Source: an uncultured Bacteroidota bacterium
GTDB lineage: Bacteria; Bacteroidota; Bacteroidia; UBA4408
Direction: 5' to 3'
DNA: 64,000 bases
NCBI GenBank assembly: GCA_903831265.1
Contig: CAIKXD010000276.1
Location: 21,998 to 85,997 of the forward strand
Shown: positions 47,280 through 57,902 of the stretch, piece after piece
Numbering within the stretch: position 1 is the stretch's first letter
Layout of the letters: every line of letters begins with the position of its first letter
Translations under genes and position numbers: made by a program
Notes under the pieces: model-generated
Seen by the model: the letters and a program-made list of their open reading frames with translations, nothing else
What the model was told of the DNA's origin: nothing
Database searches by the model: none

Positions 47280-49181
47280 ATGCAACAACCAAAAAAACTA
47301 ACCAAAAAGGAAAAATTTCAACAATCTCATGAAGTAGCCAAATCTACTTCATCTATAAAAGTCGATAAAAAAGTAAGTTGGCTGTGGGTATATTTAACCA
47401 TTGCTTTGGCCGTATTTGTGTTATATGGCAATACGCTTTCAAATGGCTATGTGCTTGATGATTTTTCGGTGATTAAGGAAAATAATATTGTAAATCAGGG
47501 TACCAAAAATTTAGGTCAAATATTTAAAACAAGTTATCGCGCAGGATATTTAAATGTTAATGATGGTTTATATCGACCACTTTCATTAGCCATGTTTGCT
47601 GTAGAATGGTCTCTTTCGCCAGATAATCCGAGTTTGGGGCATTTTATTAATCTAATAATATATATTTTTTGCGGCATTATTCTTTTTAAATTGTTGCAAA
47701 AATTACTTCCTCAACTGCATCATTTTGTTATTGTTGGCGCAGTATTGCTATTTATTGCCCATCCAATTCATACAGAGGTTGTTGGTAATGTAAAAAGCAG
47801 AGATGAATTACTTTGTTTTTTGTTTTCGTTTTTAAGCATTCATTTTATTTTGAAATATATTGATGAATCAAAAAGTTATTTACTTGTGTTCAGCTCTATT
47901 TCGCTATTTATAGCCTTTTTAGCCAAAGAGTCGGCCATCTTAACAATTCCAATCCTATTTATTATGATTTGGTACTTTAAAAAAGAAGCCATGTCAAAGT
48001 TTATTGGAATTGCTACTTCGGTTGTTGTTCCTTTTTTAATTTATATGCTTATCAGAAAAAGTGTTTTAGACTCTTTTGCAGGAATTCAAAGCGTTACGTT
48101 AATTGATAATCCTATTGGAGCTCAAACAAATTTTGGTTTAAAACTAATGGGAAGTATGCAAGTAATAGGCGAATACATGCAACTTTTTGTATTGCCCCAC
48201 CCCCTTGTTTATGATTACTCCTATAATTCTTTTCCTCTTGAAAATGGAATTAACTTGCCCATCATTGTTGGAATAATTATCGTTTTAAGCATGATTGCCG
48301 CAATTTTTATTACCTATAAAAAGCACCCCATAATTTCCTTTTCTTTGCTTTTTATTTTTGCTGGTTTATCGCTCTATACAAATATATTTTTTACCATTGG
48401 AGCAGCAAAGGCAGAACGTTTTACGTTTTTAGCATCTGTTGGATTTTGCATCTTACTATCGTATTTAATTGCTAAATTTTTAAAATCTGATGTATATCAA
48501 TCAAATAATAATCCGGTAAAAAGTAAAAACTACTTTTTTGTGCTTGGCGCGATAATGTTGCTCTACAGTGTAAAAACAATCAGCAGAAACTTTGATTGGA
48601 AAGACAATATTACACTGTACACACATGATGTTGATTTAAATCCTATAAGTGCTAAAACGCATTATTACCTTGGAAATGAGCTCATAAAAAAGATTGCAGA
48701 TGAGGAAAAAGATTCAATTAAAAGGCTGGCTTATTTAAAAAAAGGCATCGAAGAAGTAAGAAAATCTGTAGCTATTTTTCCTGAATATTCTGATGGCCAC
48801 ACGCAAATTGGAGTTGGTTTTTTTAAAATGAATAACATGGATAGCGCTGCTGTTTATTTTAATAAAGGTTTGCAATACAATCCTAATAATAGTGTGGCAT
48901 TAAGCAATCTTGGTGCCTATTATTTTAATAAAGGGCGCTATGCAGAAGCTATTGATATTTACGATAAAACATTGCGTCTTAACCCAAGATTTATAGATGC
49001 CATGGTTAATTTAGGAAGTTGCTACGGTGCATCTGGTAAATTTAATGATGCCGTAATTTGGTTCTCCAAAGCCTATGAATTAGATCCATCTAATAAAAAA
49101 GCAATCACATTTTTAGCCATTACTTATCAAAATATGAAGCAACCCGACAAGGCAGCCTTTTATCAAAACCTGCTTAAATAA
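47280..49181 (+). CDS. TMTC-like (GT-C fold, DUF1736) membrane glycosyltransferase with C-terminal TPRs
   Basis: GYVLDD, YRPL, HPIHTEVV...SRDELL, LAKE, LVYDYS, AERF.FL.S.GF, RNFDW, then TPR repeats. Confidence 0.8.
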   Translation: MQQPKKLTKKEKFQQSHEVAKSTSSIKVDKKVSWLWVYLTIALAVFVLYGNTLSNGYVLDDFSVIKENNIVNQGTKNLGQIFKTSYRAGYLNVNDGLYRPLSLAMFAVEWSLSPDNPSLGHFINLIIYIFCGIILFKLLQKLLPQLHHFVIVGAVLLFIAHPIHTEVVGNVKSRDELLCFLFSFLSIHFILKYIDESKSYLLVFSSISLFIAFLAKESAILTIPILFIMIWYFKKEAMSKFIGIATSVVVPFLIYMLIRKSVLDSFAGIQSVTLIDNPIGAQTNFGLKLMGSMQVIGEYMQLFVLPHPLVYDYSYNSFPLENGINLPIIVGIIIVLSMIAAIFITYKKHPIISFSLLFIFAGLSLYTNIFFTIGAAKAERFTFLASVGFCILLSYLIAKFLKSDVYQSNNNPVKSKNYFFVLGAIMLLYSVKTISRNFDWKDNITLYTHDVDLNPISAKTHYYLGNELIKKIADEEKDSIKRLAYLKKGIEEVRKSVAIFPEYSDGHTQIGVGFFKMNNMDSAAVYFNKGLQYNPNNSVALSNLGAYYFNKGRYAEAIDIYDKTLRLNPRFIDAMVNLGSCYGASGKFNDAVIWFSKAYELDPSNKKAITFLAITYQNMKQPDKAAFYQNLLK

Positions 49182-49252
49182 GGCCCTATTTTAAATTAAA
49201 TTTATTTTTGGAACACTGTTTGCAATGTGGTGATGAAACAAAAAATTGTTTT

Positions 49253-50077
49253 ATGAAAACTATAATTGTGTTGCCCTTCAAATTAATTCTTTTTTCCGCA
49301 ATTTGTTTAACTACTTCTGCATTTAATGCGCAAAATTTAAATTCACCCGAAGCATTTATTCCTAAAAAAAACACTGCTTTTAAAAAAGGCGAAATACTTA
49401 CCTACAGATTGCATTATGGAGCAATTGATGCAGGTACGGCTACTTTAGAAGTTACCCAGGAAGAACGTGAATTTGGAGGAAGGCCAACATACCATGTTAT
49501 TGGATTAGGCAAAAGCACTGGTGCATTTGATTGGTTTTTTAAAGTACGCGACCGCTATGAATCATACATTGATCAAGAGGCTTTAGTTCCTATGGCATTC
49601 ATCAGAAGAGTAGATGAAGGCGGTTATAAAATAAATCAAAACTATGTTTACAATCACTATAAAAAACAGGTAATTAGCGAAGGTAAAGCTTATGAAGTGC
49701 CAAAAGATATTAACGATATACAAGATATGATTTCGGCCTTTTATTATGCAAGATGTATTGATTTTAGCAATGCCAAAGCAGGAAATATTTACACCATAAA
49801 TAGTTTTGTAGATGGCGAAATTTTCCCACTTAAAATTAAGTTTATTGGAAAAGAAACCATCTCAACATCCTTAGGTAAATTTAAATGTATAAAGTTTAGA
49901 CCAGTGCTTCAAAAAGGAAGGATTTTTAAAGATGAAGAGGATTTAAATGTTTGGATTTCTGATGATGCCAATAGAATTCCAATTAGAGCGCAAGCCAATA
50001 TTTTGGTGGGTTCTGTAAAGATGGATTTGCAGGATTATAAAGGTTTAGCAAATCCAATTGCTAAGGTTGAAAAGTAG
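49253..50077 (+). CDS. DUF3108 domain protein; ATG at 49253 preferred over the TTG at 49208
   Basis: F..GE.LTY.LHYG, FFKVRDRYESY, QDMISAFY, VWISDD.NRIP. Confidence 0.82.
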   Translation: MKTIIVLPFKLILFSAICLTTSAFNAQNLNSPEAFIPKKNTAFKKGEILTYRLHYGAIDAGTATLEVTQEEREFGGRPTYHVIGLGKSTGAFDWFFKVRDRYESYIDQEALVPMAFIRRVDEGGYKINQNYVYNHYKKQVISEGKAYEVPKDINDIQDMISAFYYARCIDFSNAKAGNIYTINSFVDGEIFPLKIKFIGKETISTSLGKFKCIKFRPVLQKGRIFKDEEDLNVWISDDANRIPIRAQANILVGSVKMDLQDYKGLANPIAKVEK

Positions 50078-50080
50078 AAA

Positions 50081-51580
50081 TTATTTTTCGGGCAAATAAC
50101 GATTTAGTATTTTATCCATCACTTTAAATCTTGCCAAAAAGTAAGCTGCAGGAATTAACATAATTACATCTGCTTGCAAAAAATAACGCATTTCGATATT
50201 TCTGCATTGAGGACTTGTTCCAAAACACAAATAAACATACAATAAAACAAAGAAAGAAGTTGCAAAAACAGCAAATGGTCTGAATTCTTTTTGCTTAAAG
50301 ATTATGTAGCACCCAATCATTCCAATTAATATTAATAAAGTTCTATAATATAAAAGATAGGCACCTAATTTTCTTGCGAAACTAGCATTGTCGCTCAGAT
50401 CGGTTTTAAACAATGCTTTTTTTAAATTTTGCAGAGGTACCTTCACATAAAAATTGAACGGTTGCTGTTTTATCTGATTTTGTCTTAATTCATCAAAAAG
50501 CCCTGCCACTTCTTTTGAACAGTCGTTAACAGTATCAAAAATTGGGATGGTTGCCTTCCAATAGCCTGCCCATTCGCTAAATCCTCGGCCACAATTTTTG
50601 GCAAGGTAAACAGCCCTTTCGAGTTTTAAAGAATCTTCTTTTGTAAAATATGAGGCCGCAGGAAAAACTACTTCTTTATTTTGCAAGATAGCTGAAAACT
50701 GTGGTTGCCATTCAGATTTAACGCTATATATATATTGCATAAAAGCAATTACATCCTCATTCCAATTATCAAAACCCCTTAAATCTTGTGTAATAATTAC
50801 TTTATTAAATCGTATATAATTTCTTAAAGGCCAAGCCCCATAGATCAAACTAAAAAACAGAAAAAACGCCAACATGTTGACCAACTTATTTTTAAAGTTT
50901 GAATGATATTTTTGATAAAAGAAGAAAATCATTAAAGGTGCAATTAATGCAAATTGTGGACGATTGAGCACAGCAAAACCGAGGCTAGCACCGGCAAGGG
51001 CAAGCATATACTTTTTATCACTTTTTAAGGTTAGCGCCAAGGCAAGCAAGGCAAAAAACAAGGATGGTATTTCAGAATAGCAAACAGGATTCCATACAAT
51101 TACAAATGGGTAAGTGGCATAAATAAGCGCAGCAATAATGGCTATTTTGTGTTGTTTAAATATATTACGTGAGATGTAATAAATCAAATATATACTTACA
51201 GTGTCTAATACAATTTGTAAATAGGCCGTAATCTTTAAAATAATGTACCACTTATCGGAATAATTTTCAAGTTCAATACCCTGTAAATAATAAAAGAAAG
51301 AAACGATACCAAAAGCGGGCGCCATAAATAACGAATAGCCTGGCATTCGACAATAGGCGGCCAATTCATTGTTGAGCATTAATGTAAACTCACCATTGTA
51401 TATTAAATTATACAATCCCGTCATCCAAGCGGTAGTATCATTGTCTAAATTAATATTTGGTCTGTTAAAGTAATATTGCGCAATTACTAGCGTAAAAAAC
51501 AACCTCAGAAAAAGGCCTAACAATACAATCTTTGATATTGAACGATGATTTCGGTAAAACGCTTTTAAAGCATCTATCAT
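50081..51580 (-). CDS. GT-C/ArnT-like (GT39/GT83) membrane glycosyltransferase
   Basis: Multi-TM; R.PGY, AALIYATYP, SEIP, LNRP, W.LRNY, EMRY. Confidence 0.72.
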   Translation of the reverse strand: MIDALKAFYRNHRSISKIVLLGLFLRLFFTLVIAQYYFNRPNINLDNDTTAWMTGLYNLIYNGEFTLMLNNELAAYCRMPGYSLFMAPAFGIVSFFYYLQGIELENYSDKWYIILKITAYLQIVLDTVSIYLIYYISRNIFKQHKIAIIAALIYATYPFVIVWNPVCYSEIPSLFFALLALALTLKSDKKYMLALAGASLGFAVLNRPQFALIAPLMIFFFYQKYHSNFKNKLVNMLAFFLFFSLIYGAWPLRNYIRFNKVIITQDLRGFDNWNEDVIAFMQYIYSVKSEWQPQFSAILQNKEVVFPAASYFTKEDSLKLERAVYLAKNCGRGFSEWAGYWKATIPIFDTVNDCSKEVAGLFDELRQNQIKQQPFNFYVKVPLQNLKKALFKTDLSDNASFARKLGAYLLYYRTLLILIGMIGCYIIFKQKEFRPFAVFATSFFVLLYVYLCFGTSPQCRNIEMRYFLQADVIMLIPAAYFLARFKVMDKILNRYLPEK

Positions 51581-51583
51581 AGC

Positions 51584-52504
51584 TTAATCTTCGAAAAAAT
51601 CTTTAACAATAAAAACAGGACGGTTTTGAGTTTCAACAAAAATTCTGTGAACATATTCACCAATAATTCCCATAAAAAGCAGTTGCACGCTTCCTAGGAA
51701 ATACATGCTTACTAAAATTGACGACCAACCAGTAATTGCTTCGCCTGTAAGTTTTTTGTACAATACAACAGCACCGCCAATAAGGGTAAAAATAATGCCT
51801 ATCATACCCAAATAAATACAAATTTTAATTGGTAATTTTGAGAATGAAAACAAAGCATCAAGGGCTAATTTTAATAACCTGCTAAAATTCATTTTGGCTT
51901 CGCCAATTGTTCTGTCATCTCTACTGTAATCAACATAATCTTGTTTGAAACCGATAAAGAAACGTAGGCCAGGTAGATATCTGTTTTTTTCCTCTAAGGC
52001 AAGAAATGCTTCCAATGCTTTTCTGTTCATCACACTAAAATTACCCACATTGGCAGGTGCATTAATGTTGCTTAGTTTATTAAAAATAAAATGAAATAGT
52101 TTAATTGAAAGCTTTTTAAAAAATGTTTCGTGACGCTCAGTTCTTCGGCCATACACCACATCGGATTGATTATCAATTGCACATTTGTACATATCGGCAA
52201 TTAACTCTGGAGGATCTTGCAAATCGCCATCCATCATGGCAACATAATCACCTTTAGCATAACTCAACCCTGCGGTGTAGGCAGATTGATGTCCGAAATT
52301 GCGCGACAGATTTAAAACCTTAAACCTTTTATCTCTTTGATGGCAAACCTGCAATTTTAATAAGGTATCATCTTTGCTGCCATCATTTACACAAATAACC
52401 TCAAAGTCATTGGTAAATTTGGTCATTGCAGACATCACGGCCTTATACAAATCTTCAATTAAGTCAGATTCATTATAAACTGGTATAACAACCGAAATTA
52501 GCAT
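51584..52504 (-). CDS. GT2 polyprenol-phosphate glycosyltransferase (GtrB/ArnC-like)
   Basis: ISVVIPVYNE, VNDGSKD, LSRNFGHQ, MDGDLQDPPE, two C-terminal TMs, GEY..RI..E...RP. Confidence 0.92.
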   Translation of the reverse strand: MLISVVIPVYNESDLIEDLYKAVMSAMTKFTNDFEVICVNDGSKDDTLLKLQVCHQRDKRFKVLNLSRNFGHQSAYTAGLSYAKGDYVAMMDGDLQDPPELIADMYKCAIDNQSDVVYGRRTERHETFFKKLSIKLFHFIFNKLSNINAPANVGNFSVMNRKALEAFLALEEKNRYLPGLRFFIGFKQDYVDYSRDDRTIGEAKMNFSRLLKLALDALFSFSKLPIKICIYLGMIGIIFTLIGGAVVLYKKLTGEAITGWSSILVSMYFLGSVQLLFMGIIGEYVHRIFVETQNRPVFIVKDFFED

Positions 52505-52566
52505 ACTACATTAATTTTTAAAGCGTTCCAAACCTACGGTTATTTACTGAAAAACTCAAATTAAGA

Positions 52567-54426
52567 TTAGAAATTTAGTTCCATGTACTTGTGCAAACAA
52601 ATAATAAGCCACACTCTGTTGTAGTAATAATCTTGTCCATCTTTGTAAAAATGATCCATTACTTGTTTTGCATAATTCCATTTTACAATGCCATATCTTT
52701 CGCACATGGCTTGGGTTACGTACTTTTCGGCATAAACTTTTAAATCTTTTTTAAGCCATTGGTACATTGGCACCGAAAAGCCTTTTTTGGGTCTATCGAA
52801 ATACGCTCGCGGCACATAATCATACAATACTTCTTTTAGTAAATATTTGGAAACATTGCCTTTCAATTTTAATTTTTCATTCAAATTAAAAGCAAATTCA
52901 ACTATACGATAATCCAAGAGCGGCACTCTTGTTTCTAACGAATGTTTCATTGTGGCTCTGTCAACCTTAACTAATAAATCATCTTTAAGATAAACTGTAA
53001 AATCAAAAAATGCCTGCATTTCGGTGGGAGATAACTTCCTTTTTAAATCTTTAAGTTCGGGAAAGTATTTGATGGTTTCGGCGGCCAAATCACCAATCAA
53101 CAGATGCAATTCTTTTTCATAAAATAAGTTTTGCTCTTGCGAAAAAATATTGCTTTCGAAATTAGTTGTTGAATAAGATTTAAATAAGTTAGCCACACGT
53201 TGTGTTCTGTTATTGCCCATACCTAGCGCCAAGTTAATGGGCCCTCTTAATGCAGAAATAAAGGGATTGGACAAACGTTGCGCCCAAATGTGTGCCCCAT
53301 AGCCCATAAAAAGTTCATCACCACCATCGCCCGAAAGTGTCATTGTTACATGCTTTCGAGCTAATTTAGAAACCATTAAAGTTGGAATCGCTGAAGTGTC
53401 GGCATAAGGTTCATCATAAATATTATCTAAGTCGGCCACTAAATCAAGCGCATCTTGTTGACTCACATTAAACGTATGATGATCTGTTTTTAAATAAGTG
53501 GCTACCTGTTCGGCAAAATGACTTTCGTTATGATCTTTTTCATTTAAGCCAATAGAAAATGTTTTAATAGGCGCTGATGAAATACTTTGCGCTACCGCAG
53601 TAACCAAACTACTGTCAATACCACCACTTAAAAAAGTACCAAAAGGCACATCGCTAATCATTCTGTATTTTACAGATGATATCACTAAATCTTTAAGTTG
53701 CTGTTTTGCTTTAACCTCATCGTTTAGCACTTCTTTAGTAATTTTGCTTGCAGGTTCCCAGTATGAAATTAGTTCAAAACCGTGCTTATTTAATTTTAAA
53801 TAGCTACCTGTAGGAAATTTGTAAACGTTTTTATAAATACTATGTGGTTCAGGAATAAATCCAAGATGAAAAAAATAGGGAATAGCCTCTGGGTTTAATT
53901 CCAGCTGAATAACATCTCTAATGGCTTTAATGGCCTTTAATTCTGATGCAAAAAAGAAATCCTTCTCATCCCAATAAAAATAAATGGGTTTAATGCCTAA
54001 GCGATCTCTTAAAATATACAGCGCTCCATTATCTTTATCATAAATGGCAATGGCAAACATACCATTTAGCATATTTACAATATTTTCGCGCCAAAGAGAA
54101 AAAGCTTCTAAAATTATTTCGGTATCAGAGCTTGTTTTAAACTTTGCATCTGGTCGGTATTTTAAAATCTCTTGTTTAATTTCATTGAAGTTATACACTT
54201 CGCCATTATACACCATCACAAATCTGTTATTGGCGCTCAACATGGGTTGATTGGCCGTTTCAGACAAATCGAGTATGCTTAATCTTCGGTGCCCTAAACC
54301 AACAAAACCTTCATAATAAACACCTCCAGCATCGGGACCACGATGGGTAAGACTGTTGTTTGCTTTAACAAGATGTTGATCATTAAACTTTCCTGACGGA
54401 GAAAAATAGCCTGTTATTCCGCACAT
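52567..54426 (-). CDS. asnB: Asparagine synthase (glutamine-hydrolysing) / polysaccharide amidotransferase
   Basis: MCGI, HRGPD, LGHRRLSILDL, NGEVYN, RDRLGIKP, FLSGGIDSS, LSGDGGDELF, KVDRA.M..SLETR.P.LD. Confidence 0.93.
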   Translation of the reverse strand: MCGITGYFSPSGKFNDQHLVKANNSLTHRGPDAGGVYYEGFVGLGHRRLSILDLSETANQPMLSANNRFVMVYNGEVYNFNEIKQEILKYRPDAKFKTSSDTEIILEAFSLWRENIVNMLNGMFAIAIYDKDNGALYILRDRLGIKPIYFYWDEKDFFFASELKAIKAIRDVIQLELNPEAIPYFFHLGFIPEPHSIYKNVYKFPTGSYLKLNKHGFELISYWEPASKITKEVLNDEVKAKQQLKDLVISSVKYRMISDVPFGTFLSGGIDSSLVTAVAQSISSAPIKTFSIGLNEKDHNESHFAEQVATYLKTDHHTFNVSQQDALDLVADLDNIYDEPYADTSAIPTLMVSKLARKHVTMTLSGDGGDELFMGYGAHIWAQRLSNPFISALRGPINLALGMGNNRTQRVANLFKSYSTTNFESNIFSQEQNLFYEKELHLLIGDLAAETIKYFPELKDLKRKLSPTEMQAFFDFTVYLKDDLLVKVDRATMKHSLETRVPLLDYRIVEFAFNLNEKLKLKGNVSKYLLKEVLYDYVPRAYFDRPKKGFSVPMYQWLKKDLKVYAEKYVTQAMCERYGIVKWNYAKQVMDHFYKDGQDYYYNRVWLIICLHKYMELNF

Positions 54427-54429
54427 AAA

Positions 54430-54951
54430 TTATTTCTTTTGTAAGGTTTTTTGATGCTTTAATCTTTGGGCCACATTTTCGCAGGCTTCACTCAGTAAAT
54501 CAAAAACCAACTGAAAACCTGCTTCATCACCAAAATAAGGATCGGGAACATTTTTGTATGATGTGCCTGGCAATTCAGTCAACATCAATTTAACTTTCGA
54601 TTTGTCAGTATCATTTCGCGATAAATTCAATACGTCAATTTTATTTTGTTCATCCATCACATAAATAATATCGAAGTTATCGAAGTCTTGCACCTTAAAT
54701 TGTCGGGCAACAATATTGCTGATATCAATACCATTTTTTAATGCATTTTTTGTGCTTCTTAGATCAGGATTTTCGCCAGGATGATAGTTTGAAGTGCCCG
54801 CAGAATCTACAGCAATGTTAAGATTATAATGATCTAATCTGTTTTTCATAATGCCTTCTGCTACTGGCGAACGACAAATGTTTCCCAAGCAAACCATTAA
54901 TATATTATTTACTTCAACCATAATTTTAACTGTGATCAGTATGTTCATCAA
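54430..54951 (-). CDS. Low-molecular-weight protein-tyrosine phosphatase
   Basis: VCLGNICRSP, DSAGT, VPDPYFG. Confidence 0.95.
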   Translation of the reverse strand: MMNILITVKIMVEVNNILMVCLGNICRSPVAEGIMKNRLDHYNLNIAVDSAGTSNYHPGENPDLRSTKNALKNGIDISNIVARQFKVQDFDNFDIIYVMDEQNKIDVLNLSRNDTDKSKVKLMLTELPGTSYKNVPDPYFGDEAGFQLVFDLLSEACENVAQRLKHQKTLQKK

Positions 54952-55516
54952 TTTCGGTTACCCCACCCGAAATAATAAATTTCATAAACTCTGCAGCTGG
55001 CACATTTACCAACTTAATATTTTCTACTGGAACTATAAACAAGTCGCCAGAAAGACTATAACTAAGGGGAAAGTAAACGGCCACTTTATTCTCGGCAATT
55101 CCTAAGTCTTTTAGATTACTTTGGGTAATAAATCCCATTTTCTCCATCAAAGGATTTTCGCTAACTTTTACAATAACAGGCTTGTTAAACTTTTTCTTTT
55201 GGCCCACAAAAGCAGATAGTAAATCTTTAACAGAAGTATACACAATTTTAAGAAAAGGTGTTTTTTCTATTAAGAGTTCAATACGTTTAAATAAGGGATA
55301 AAAAAAGATAGAAGAACCAATAGCGCCAATAATAATTAGTGTAGTTACACCACCAATTAAACCTAACAGTGGATCAATGAGCGGATGTATAGAAATCCCT
55401 AAAAGATCAACTGCACTGCCCACCCAATTGGTGATGGTAACAATTACATAAACTGTAATAGCCACAGGCACTGTAAACAATATTCCTTGCAGGAGATATC
55501 TTATAATTTTGTTCAT
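54926..55516 (-). CDS. DUF502 membrane protein
   Basis: LLQGILFTVP..IT, P.LKIVYTSVKDL..AF, GFIT, AVYFP.SY..SG, KFIISGG. Confidence 0.88.
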   Translation of the reverse strand: MNKIIRYLLQGILFTVPVAITVYVIVTITNWVGSAVDLLGISIHPLIDPLLGLIGGVTTLIIIGAIGSSIFFYPLFKRIELLIEKTPFLKIVYTSVKDLLSAFVGQKKKFNKPVIVKVSENPLMEKMGFITQSNLKDLGIAENKVAVYFPLSYSLSGDLFIVPVENIKLVNVPAAEFMKFIISGGVTEIDEHTDHS

Positions 55517-55732
55517 TTTTTTATATTAAACACCATTCAATAAATTCAAAAAACAATTAAATTCTAATTTTAACAATTCAATTGATTTTAAACCTTTATT
55601 TCAATCGGTAAAATTAATAAAATATAAATACTATCGAGTGTAAAAATTGACCCAACAAGGCGTGCTAAATAGACCCGAACATTTAAAGATTTGTATGACT
55701 TTGTTATTTTAAGGAGTGAATCTTAAAAGTTT

Positions 55733-56332
55733 TTATCGCTTTGTAATAATAAAAGCAAAAGGAAACTCCATATAAAATTTAACCGGCTTGTTTTTATGCA
55801 TTATAAATCCAAATTGCTTTTTTTCATTAATTGTTCTCATTAAGGTTTCTTCGAATCCCCATTCATGTTTGGTTAAAGGCAATACATTGGTAATTGAGCC
55901 ATTTGCATCAACAATTAAACTAATTTTAATATTGGCCTGAATTCCTTTTTTGAGTGCGTTTTTAGGATAAACTACGTTTTGTTCTAAATATTTATAAAAC
56001 AACTGCAGTCGGTTTTCAAAATTTTGATTGTAGGGAAGGTAGTTATATATTGTATCTGACTCTGTTACACAATAATCTTCCATAAAAATTCTTTTTTCGA
56101 CTTTAATGAATCTTTTTTTTCCAAATTTATCATCATAAAAAGAATAAAAAATGGGGTTATTTGTTAAGATATTATCTCCATTTTTATTATACAATGATAA
56201 AACAGAATCACAATTATAAACTTCAGTAGTTACCATCAAAACTGCTCTGTTGCTGTAAAAAAGAGTATCGTTTACCTGTGCAAATCCTTTGCAAAAAGAA
56301 AATAATAAAAAAGAAAATAAAAGTAGCTTCAC
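55733..56332 (-). CDS. Exported protein with TonB C-terminal domain
   Basis: Signal peptide; YLEQNVVYPKNALKKGIQ..I.IS.IVD..GSI. Confidence 0.7.
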   Translation of the reverse strand: MKLLLFSFLLFSFCKGFAQVNDTLFYSNRAVLMVTTEVYNCDSVLSLYNKNGDNILTNNPIFYSFYDDKFGKKRFIKVEKRIFMEDYCVTESDTIYNYLPYNQNFENRLQLFYKYLEQNVVYPKNALKKGIQANIKISLIVDANGSITNVLPLTKHEWGFEETLMRTINEKKQFGFIMHKNKPVKFYMEFPFAFIITKR

Positions 56333-56341
56333 TTTTAAATA

Positions 56342-57808
56342 TTAGTTCTTTAATGCCATTAAATTATTTTTTTCTTGAAGCCAAACAACAATCATAAAAA
56401 ACAGAAAAATACCTGTGTTGATGATTAATTTTAAAGTAAATTGCATATCTGCAAAAAGAAGCGACACAAAATATAATGCCACCGATAAAAAGATGTATCC
56501 CAAAATTTTCTTTACATCGTAATTAATTGGAAAGTGTTTTTGCCCCTGATAAAAGCTAAGCACCATCATGCTTGTGTAACAAATAAGTGTTGTACAAGCC
56601 GCGCCATAATAGCCTAAGTAAGGAATCAACAACACATTAAAAACAATAGTTAAAACAGCACCAAAAATACTAATACCTGCACCATAACCAGTTTTATTTG
56701 TTAATTTATACCATACTGTTAAGTTAAAGTAGATTCCTAAAAACCAATTAGCCAATAACAGAATAGGCACAATGGGCAAGCCATCCCAATAGTTTTTACC
56801 TACAAAAAACTTTACTATATCAAGATACAAAAGCGTGATTAAAAATATAGCTGCACAGGCAATTACAAAGTACTTCATCACATCTGCGTAAAGCTGCTCT
56901 GCTCCTTTGTTTTTGGCATGACTAAAGAAAAAAGGTTCAGCAGCATATCTAAATGTTTGAATAAAAATTGTCATGATGATGCTAATTTTATAACAAGCGC
57001 CATAAATACCAGTTTCGGCCATTACATTGCTGCCTGCAGGCAATAAATATTTGAGCATAATTCTATCGGCTGTTTCGTTTACCATACCCGCCAAACCAAC
57101 AACCAACAATGGAAATGCATAACGAATAAGTTCTTTCCACAGTGCTTTATCAAAATCGAATTTAATAATAAATTGAGGCAACAAAAGCACGATGGTAATG
57201 ATGCTTGCAATAAGGTTTGAAATAAAAATATACCCCACTCCTATCTCGGGGCTGTAAAAGTGTTTTACAAAATCAGGATTTTTTTGATACCAAGCCGGGC
57301 AGAGTATAATAAAGAATAAATTCAGCGAAATATTAACAAAAATGTTTACCAACCTAATAGTAGCAAATTTTAAAGCTTTATTTTGCGACCGTAACTTGGC
57401 AAAAGGCAGCGCAGTAATGGCATCTATTGCTATAATAAACATAAAGCACAAAAGATACCATGCATTATTTTGATACATAAGCATTACAGCAATTTTATCA
57501 ATAAAAATAAATCCCACACTAAGAAAAATAACTGCGGTTGAAAGTATTGAAATGAGGGCAGTTGAATATACTTTATTCGGATCTATATTATCTTTTTGAA
57601 AGTAACGAAAGAAAGCTGTTTCCATGCCATAAGTCATAAGCACAGCAAAAAACGCTACATAGGAATACAACTCGGTAACTACTCCGAATTCGGCTGGTAA
57701 AAAAACATTGGTATAAAGCGGAATTAGAAGATAATTTAATAAGCGACCAACAATACTGCTTAAACCATAAACGGCCGTTTGGGAAGCTAATTTTTTTATT
57801 GTGCTCAA
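56342..57808 (-). CDS. Polysaccharide/oligosaccharide flippase (Wzx/MOP family)
   Basis: KKLASQTAVYGLSSIVGR, TYGMETAFFR, DRIML, FRYAAEPFFF; many TM segments. Confidence 0.88.
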   Translation of the reverse strand: MSTIKKLASQTAVYGLSSIVGRLLNYLLIPLYTNVFLPAEFGVVTELYSYVAFFAVLMTYGMETAFFRYFQKDNIDPNKVYSTALISILSTAVIFLSVGFIFIDKIAVMLMYQNNAWYLLCFMFIIAIDAITALPFAKLRSQNKALKFATIRLVNIFVNISLNLFFIILCPAWYQKNPDFVKHFYSPEIGVGYIFISNLIASIITIVLLLPQFIIKFDFDKALWKELIRYAFPLLVVGLAGMVNETADRIMLKYLLPAGSNVMAETGIYGACYKISIIMTIFIQTFRYAAEPFFFSHAKNKGAEQLYADVMKYFVIACAAIFLITLLYLDIVKFFVGKNYWDGLPIVPILLLANWFLGIYFNLTVWYKLTNKTGYGAGISIFGAVLTIVFNVLLIPYLGYYGAACTTLICYTSMMVLSFYQGQKHFPINYDVKKILGYIFLSVALYFVSLLFADMQFTLKLIINTGIFLFFMIVVWLQEKNNLMALKN

Positions 57809-57902
57809 TTTAATTCAGATTTAAAAGCATGCAAAATAAGGCGCTTTTGCCATTAATAGTAACAACTTACAAATTATTATGTTAACCATAAAAGGCTCAT
57901 AA

